From an uncultured Desulfobacter sp. (GTDB taxonomy: Bacteria > Desulfobacterota > Desulfobacteria > Desulfobacterales > Desulfobacteraceae): a stretch of 64,000 nucleotides of DNA. Numbering within the stretch: position 1 is the first letter of the stretch; each line of letters starts with the position of its first letter. The stretch covers positions 4,800,001-4,864,000 of the forward strand of contig OY762069.1 of NCBI GenBank assembly GCA_963665095.1, read 5' to 3'. Both the position numbers and the translations under genes were made by a program. The notes below the pieces were generated by a model, which did no database searches, was not told the origin of the DNA, and saw only the letters and a list, made by a program, of their open reading frames with translations. This document shows, one piece after another, positions 58,950-64,000 of this stretch.

Positions 58950-60584
58950 TTACACCACGTACTTGATACTGAGGCGGTCAGCAATGGCTTTATCGTCAAT
59001 TCCCAAAGCATCGGACATGCCGATGGGAAGGGAGGTGGAGCGTCCTAAGGGTGCCACAATTTTTTTGAGTTCCGTGTCAAAGGAGATAAACAGATCCACC
59101 ACGCGCTGGGCCACATCTTCCGGGTCCAGACGACGGTAGAGTCTGGGGTCCTGGGAGGTGATGCCCTTGGGGCAGATACCTAAGTTACATACGTTGCAGC
59201 GGTCTTCTTCCGTGCCCACACAGCCTGCGGCTGCCTGCATCACATATTTTCCGATCTGGACACCTGATGCACCGAGCATAATGAGCGATGCGGCGTTGGC
59301 GGCAATATTGCCGTTTTTACCGATGCCGCCGCCGGCAAAGATGGGAATTTCATTCTGCTTGCCGATTTTGGTCAGGTTCAGGTAGTTGTCCCTGATACAA
59401 CTGGCAATGGGGTGGCCCATGTGATCCATGGAGACTGCGTAGGCAGCACCGGTACCCCCATCCTCGCCGTCAATGGCCAGGCCTGCAGCGTAATCGTTAC
59501 GCGTCAGGTTGTTCAAGACTGCAAGGGAGGTGGATGAGGCGGAAATTTTCGGATAAACCGGCACCCTGAAACCCCATGCCATGGACATGGACAAGATCAT
59601 TTTGGCCACGGACTCCTCAATGGAGTACTGGGTCTGGTGGGTGGGCGGAGAGGGCAGGCTGACGCCCTGGGGCACGCCCCGGATGGCGGCAATCAGCTTG
59701 TTCACCTTGTGCCACATCAAAAGGCCGCCGTCACCGGGTTTGGCTCCCTGGCCGTATTTGATTTCAATGGCGCAGGGGTCTTCCTTCATATGGGGGATGG
59801 CGTGGATGATTTCATCCCAGCCAAAGTAACCGGACGCAATCTGAAGGATCACATATTTAAGGAAACGGGAGCGCAGCAGGCGCGGCGGACAGCCGCCTTC
59901 ACCGGTGCACATGCGAACGGGCATGCCCATCTCCTCATTGAGATAGGCCACTCCCATCTGAAGTCCCTCCCACATGTTGGGGGAGAGCGCCCCAAAGGAC
60001 ATGCCGCCGATGATCAAGGGGTAGATCTCTCTGACCGGCGGAATCCAGCCCTTTTCCCGCAGTCGTTTCATGTTTTCCCTGGGGGGCAGCACCCGGCCTA
60101 ACAGGGTGCGCATCTCAAACTCATGGCGGCCGGCATCCAGTGCCGGGTCTGTGAGCATGGAGATACGGGTGAACTTGATGCGGTCAAGTACGGAACCGGA
60201 TGCATTGCGGCGACCGCCCCGGCGTCTTGGCACCCCGTGCTGGTTGATGTGGAATTTCATCCGGTCAAGGCCCGGGTTTCTGCGGGGCCGGATGGCATCA
60301 TTGGGGCAGACCAGGGTACACATGGCACAGCCGATGCAGGCATTTTCCACCCGGGTCTCCTGGCGGATGCCGTAAAAGGTATCATAGCTGTTGGAATGCT
60401 GTGCGTTTTTGGCCACAGATGTTTTGATGATCCGTTTCTGGAACGGATGAAGAGAGATGGCCTTGACCGGGCAAACCGCCGTACACTGGCCGCATAAAGT
60501 ACACCGGTCATTATTATATTCAATCTGCCAGGGCAGATCGTTGAGACTTAAAGAGGAAGGCTCAAGGCTTCTGTTTGACGACAT
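58950..60584 (-). CDS. Glutamate synthase FMN-binding subunit with N-terminal 2x[4Fe-4S] ferredoxin
   Basis: CTLCGQCTAVCP, MSFGALS, TGEGG, EIKYGQGAKPGDGG, GGTGAA, CNVCNLGICPKGITSQDP. Confidence 0.93.
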   Translation of the reverse strand: MSSNRSLEPSSLSLNDLPWQIEYNNDRCTLCGQCTAVCPVKAISLHPFQKRIIKTSVAKNAQHSNSYDTFYGIRQETRVENACIGCAMCTLVCPNDAIRPRRNPGLDRMKFHINQHGVPRRRGGRRNASGSVLDRIKFTRISMLTDPALDAGRHEFEMRTLLGRVLPPRENMKRLREKGWIPPVREIYPLIIGGMSFGALSPNMWEGLQMGVAYLNEEMGMPVRMCTGEGGCPPRLLRSRFLKYVILQIASGYFGWDEIIHAIPHMKEDPCAIEIKYGQGAKPGDGGLLMWHKVNKLIAAIRGVPQGVSLPSPPTHQTQYSIEESVAKMILSMSMAWGFRVPVYPKISASSTSLAVLNNLTRNDYAAGLAIDGEDGGTGAAYAVSMDHMGHPIASCIRDNYLNLTKIGKQNEIPIFAGGGIGKNGNIAANAASLIMLGASGVQIGKYVMQAAAGCVGTEEDRCNVCNLGICPKGITSQDPRLYRRLDPEDVAQRVVDLFISFDTELKKIVAPLGRSTSLPIGMSDALGIDDKAIADRLSIKYVV

Positions 60585-61678
60585 ATATTTACCTCCTGGC
60601 GTTCAGGGCCGACAATAGCTGTATCAAGATGCATGGGTTGAATATCTGTGGATTTGTCCCGGTCGGGAATGATGGCGTCCAGCCCGCACACTTCGGAAGA
60701 AAAGGCGAACATGCCTGGTTTGCCGCCCACCACGCCGGGGCGCAGTTTTTTGCGGTCCTGGACCATGAACATGGAATGGTCCGGCAGGGTGCCGATAACA
60801 CAGTTGGGGCCATCAATTATTAAAGGACGGCAGGTTTTTTTCAACTGGCTTAAAAAAGCATAGTCAGGGTGTTTTTCTAAATCTTCCCGCTGCAGCGGGG
60901 TGATGACGTGTTTGTATCCTTCAATGCCCAGCCCAAGCTCCTCCAAAGAGAAATGCAGAATGTGGGCAAACACTTCGGAATCGGACTGGTAACCGGTATA
61001 CCCCGGGATGTCCCTTGAAGACAAAAAGTCCTTGATGGGGATAAATGCTGTGTTCTCACCATTGGTCATGGTGCAGTAGCCCTTGAGAAAAAAGGGATGG
61101 CAGGCATACAGGTTAATGGCATAGTTGGTGTTCTGGCGGCCCTGGGCCATGATGGTCCGGGCGCACAGCTCTTTTCGGTCAAGGCCTAGATACTCGGCTA
61201 ACTGCATGGGATCACCAATCTCTTTGATCATGATGGTGTCCGGCCAGAAGGAAAAGACTATCATGTCTTTCTTCTCTTCACCCATTGCACGGATCTGCAG
61301 CCGGACATCCAAAAGTCTGTCCGCCAGTTCGCTTTGTTCCAGATTCTCCCATCCTTCGGGCAGTTCATATGCTCTGATCAGGTAGATATATCGTCTGGGT
61401 ATGCCTTCCGCTTTGGCTTTGGGTGGTTTTAAAGACAGTTTATGCTTGGTCATGAAACCAAGATCCATCATGAAGAGATCCAGGCGGCGGATCCCTTCTT
61501 CGGTAAAGATGCCGGACAGAATCGGGGCCTCTTTCATCTCTTCAAAAGGACCGCCAAGGTCCTGGAGTAGAAGCCCTACGCCTGAACCGTCATGCCCTTC
61601 TTTCATTACATCAAGGGCTTTGATGGCCAGCATGGGTGATACAGGGTCCTTGCAGGTAAGTGCAAACAAACGACACAT
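60548..61678 (-). CDS. Glutamate synthase class II glutamine amidotransferase subunit
   Basis: N-terminal Cys (MCRL), GHDGSG, RQNTN, CHPF, NGE, SDSE, DRKKLRP. Confidence 0.92.
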   Translation of the reverse strand: MCRLFALTCKDPVSPMLAIKALDVMKEGHDGSGVGLLLQDLGGPFEEMKEAPILSGIFTEEGIRRLDLFMMDLGFMTKHKLSLKPPKAKAEGIPRRYIYLIRAYELPEGWENLEQSELADRLLDVRLQIRAMGEEKKDMIVFSFWPDTIMIKEIGDPMQLAEYLGLDRKELCARTIMAQGRQNTNYAINLYACHPFFLKGYCTMTNGENTAFIPIKDFLSSRDIPGYTGYQSDSEVFAHILHFSLEELGLGIEGYKHVITPLQREDLEKHPDYAFLSQLKKTCRPLIIDGPNCVIGTLPDHSMFMVQDRKKLRPGVVGGKPGMFAFSSEVCGLDAIIPDRDKSTDIQPMHLDTAIVGPERQEVNICRQTEALSLPL

Positions 61679-61750
61679 ACAACAACTCCTTAGGGTCTAT
61701 TTATCTAAAAGCTACAGCCAGAATGCTTCCGGCAAAAATTCGAAACTTTA

Positions 61751-61779
61751 AGACTAAAGACAGATCTATGCGCTGTCAA
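61751..61779 (-). promoter_or_regulatory. sigma70 promoter candidate for glutamate synthase operon
   Basis: TTGACA-N17-TAGTCT on minus strand; GACAG-N9-CTGTC palindrome overlaps it. Confidence 0.5.
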
Positions 61780-62012
61780 TCTTTATTTTTCAGGTGGTTA
61801 AAAGGGGGTTGCCCATGATCGGGTAAGATTGGGGCAGAATAAAATAAATGTGGGATAAATTAATTTATGTCCATAAATTGGGCGTTTATGTTCTGTGAAA
61901 TGTAAAGACGCAAGACGTCTGCCGGAATATAAATAAAGATTCAAATCCTTCGATTTTCAGACAGAGAGATCAAAGCCGTCAAAACAAAATTTTCAAAAAC
62001 GGTTTCGGATGT

Positions 62013-62588
62013 TCATTCGTTCGTTTTTGTTTGCATGGGGATTGAAAAGCCGGCAACTTCATAAATTGTCTGGATTTTTTGTAGATCCTGCTCCAGGCTG
62101 TCTCCAGGGTGTATTTTTCCTATCCATCTGGTTTTTTTGGCCTGGTTGTCCAGGTACCAGCAGATGATAGGCACATCTGCGCCTTTTGCGATGTACCAGA
62201 ACCCTGTTTTGATTGTTGATACGGATTTTCGCGTGCCTTCGGGAACCAGGGCGACCACTAAATCCTGCCGCAGATCAAACTCTTTTACCACCCCGTCCAC
62301 AAAACCATGGGATTTATCCCGCTTGACCGGCATGCCCCCAAGACCTTTCAATATTACGGACATGGGAAAAAAGAACCAGATGGATTTGATAAGCAGTTTC
62401 GCATTAACCCGGGCAAGCTTGATATAGGTCAGGGCCCGAACCGTGTCCATGTTTGTTGTGTGGGGAAAGCCAATGACGACACAGCGGGACTCCCAGTAGG
62501 AGGGCAGCGGATCATAGGTCCATCCCATGACAAGGTAAATCAGTTTGCCAAACCAGCTGAGCATATGAGGCAAAGGGTTCAGGGTCAT
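62013..62588 (-). CDS. PlsC-family acyltransferase
   Basis: HTTNMD (HxxxxD), PEGTR, KTGF; RBS GGAGG before MTLNPL. Confidence 0.88.
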   Translation of the reverse strand: MTLNPLPHMLSWFGKLIYLVMGWTYDPLPSYWESRCVVIGFPHTTNMDTVRALTYIKLARVNAKLLIKSIWFFFPMSVILKGLGGMPVKRDKSHGFVDGVVKEFDLRQDLVVALVPEGTRKSVSTIKTGFWYIAKGADVPIICWYLDNQAKKTRWIGKIHPGDSLEQDLQKIQTIYEVAGFSIPMQTKTNE

Positions 62589-62864
62589 CAAATCCTCCAT
62601 AGTTAAATATTTAAAAATAGCACTATATAATATGGATGCAAGTTTAGATACTGTTTGGGTATTTATTGTCGTAAAAATCGCCAGGTCTGCCCATTCATCA
62701 GCGTGCGATATTTTCATTTACATTAAATGATTCCCATGCTATTTTTTTATAAAATTCATCCTTTAAGAAAAAATCGTCAAGCAAGTAAAAAATCCGGGGT
62801 AGCTAAGTGTATGTTTTGCCTTGAGACGGTATTCCTTTTTTTAAAAAAGATCTAGGGGGAGACT

Positions 62865-64000
62865 ATGATGAAGCTTAGGATAGGTCCGAAGGTCAATCTT
62901 CTTATCGTAATCGCCATGCTGTTGGTTGGCGGAGCCGCATTATTTTTAGCCATATCTGCTTTAAATCATGAAGGCGAGGTGGCCATTGAGGAATACAGCA
63001 CGGATATGATGGCAGTGAAAAGGTCTCATATCAAGGACCTGGTTTTCAGTGCATACACCATTGCCAAGGCCCGACTGGATGTGGCTATGGATAAGGAGGC
63101 CATTCGTAAAAATTATGGAGACAATGTCAAGGCGGTTGTGAATCAGGCCATATCCGCATTTGAAGCCAACAATATGGATGATGATGCAAGATCCCTTTCA
63201 GAACGACAGGCCGATGCGCTTAAAGTGATTGATAAAATGCGCTGGGGGCCTGACAATAAAAATTATTTCTGGATTCAGGATACAAACGGCCATATGATTC
63301 TTCACCCCTTAAAAAAGTCCCTGAACGGCCAACCCAACGGCGAAATAAAAGACCCGGACGGTGTCCGCCTGTTTGCAGAGATGGAGCGTCTGTGCAAACG
63401 GGACGGTGAGGGGTTTGTGGACTATAAATGGCCCAAGCCCGGATTTGACAAACCCCAGAACAAAATATCCTATGTGAAGCTCTACCAGCCCTGGAACTGG
63501 ATTATCGGGGCCGGGGTATACCTTGAATCCACAGAAGCCGAAGCTCAGAAAGATGCCTTGAGAAATATTGGTGCCATCCGTTACGGTCCAAAGGGGCTTG
63601 GCTATTTTTTCATATATGACTCCAAGGGTAACTGTATTCTCATGCCGGCCAGACCCGAGGCCGTGGGCACAAATGAATGGGGATTACAGGACAGTAAGGG
63701 GCTGTATATTATCCGCGAACTGGTCAAAAAAGCCAATGCCAATTCTGATGGGGATTTTCTGGAGTATTATTATAAAAAACCCGGATCCAGTGAAGATTTC
63801 AGAAAGATTTCTTTTGTAAGAAAACTTTCTGAGTGGGACTGGTATATTGCCACAGGTACCTATACGGATGACCTTGATGCGGCTGTGGCCGAGGAGAGGG
63901 AAGGAATCCAGCGCGCCGTAAAGGCTGCGATCATGAAGATATTAGCAATTGTCGCAGGTATTATGATTGTGGTCGTTATTCTTTCTTATTTTGTTGTGGC
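62865..64000 (+). CDS. Tandem Cache-domain membrane receptor, probably methyl-accepting chemotaxis protein (3' truncated by window; not in ORF track)
   Basis: MMKLRIGPKVNLLIVIAMLL TM1; YFWIQD...HP...KDPDG...YKWPKPG...KISYV and a second YFFIYD...KISFV repeat; TM2 at window end. Confidence 0.85.
   Translation, partial: MMKLRIGPKVNLLIVIAMLLVGGAALFLAISALNHEGEVAIEEYSTDMMAVKRSHIKDLVFSAYTIAKARLDVAMDKEAIRKNYGDNVKAVVNQAISAFEANNMDDDARSLSERQADALKVIDKMRWGPDNKNYFWIQDTNGHMILHPLKKSLNGQPNGEIKDPDGVRLFAEMERLCKRDGEGFVDYKWPKPGFDKPQNKISYVKLYQPWNWIIGAGVYLESTEAEAQKDALRNIGAIRYGPKGLGYFFIYDSKGNCILMPARPEAVGTNEWGLQDSKGLYIIRELVKKANANSDGDFLEYYYKKPGSSEDFRKISFVRKLSEWDWYIATGTYTDDLDAAVAEEREGIQRAVKAAIMKILAIVAGIMIVVVILSYFVV

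Overview
Bacterial chromosomal window; gene content and protein style suggest a sulfate-reducing Desulfobacteraceae-like deltaproteobacterium (inference). Left part (1-19 kb) is mostly housekeeping and signalling: a partial porin, two HD-GYP proteins, rsmA, an M16C peptidase, panG-like/panB, an ADP-forming acyl-CoA synthetase with TetR, a PHP phosphatase and a polar amino-acid ABC importer. The middle (19.2-42.7 kb) is a ~23 kb accessory island: four FecCD/BtuCD-type ABC importers, one TonB-dependent receptor, a degenerate CcsBA (ResB/CcsA)-like membrane pair, an ABC ATPase-NTPase fusion, a DUF364 protein, two SAM methyltransferases, an orphan AmmeMemoRadiSam-type radical SAM enzyme and a possibly permuted alkaline-phosphatase-fold protein, interrupted by a hipBA module. 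It abuts, tail-to-tail, a Mo-nitrogenase operon (nifH-nifI1-nifI2-nifD-nifK-nifE-nifN-nifB-2Fe2S ferredoxin-nifV) with a sigma54-type promoter. To the right lie a GNAT and a divergent Nif11-like small protein (both with candidate sigma54 sites), a metallophosphoesterase plus ParB/Srx-Lrp fusion pair, a three-part glutamate synthase, an acyltransferase and a partial Cache-domain receptor. Several palindromic miniature repeats sit precisely at gene 3' ends. No rRNA, tRNA, CRISPR array or transposase gene was recognised. The best candidates for an undescribed system are the nif-adjacent import-and-modification island and the phosphoesterase/ParB-Lrp pair. All family calls are by eye from motifs; no searches were run.
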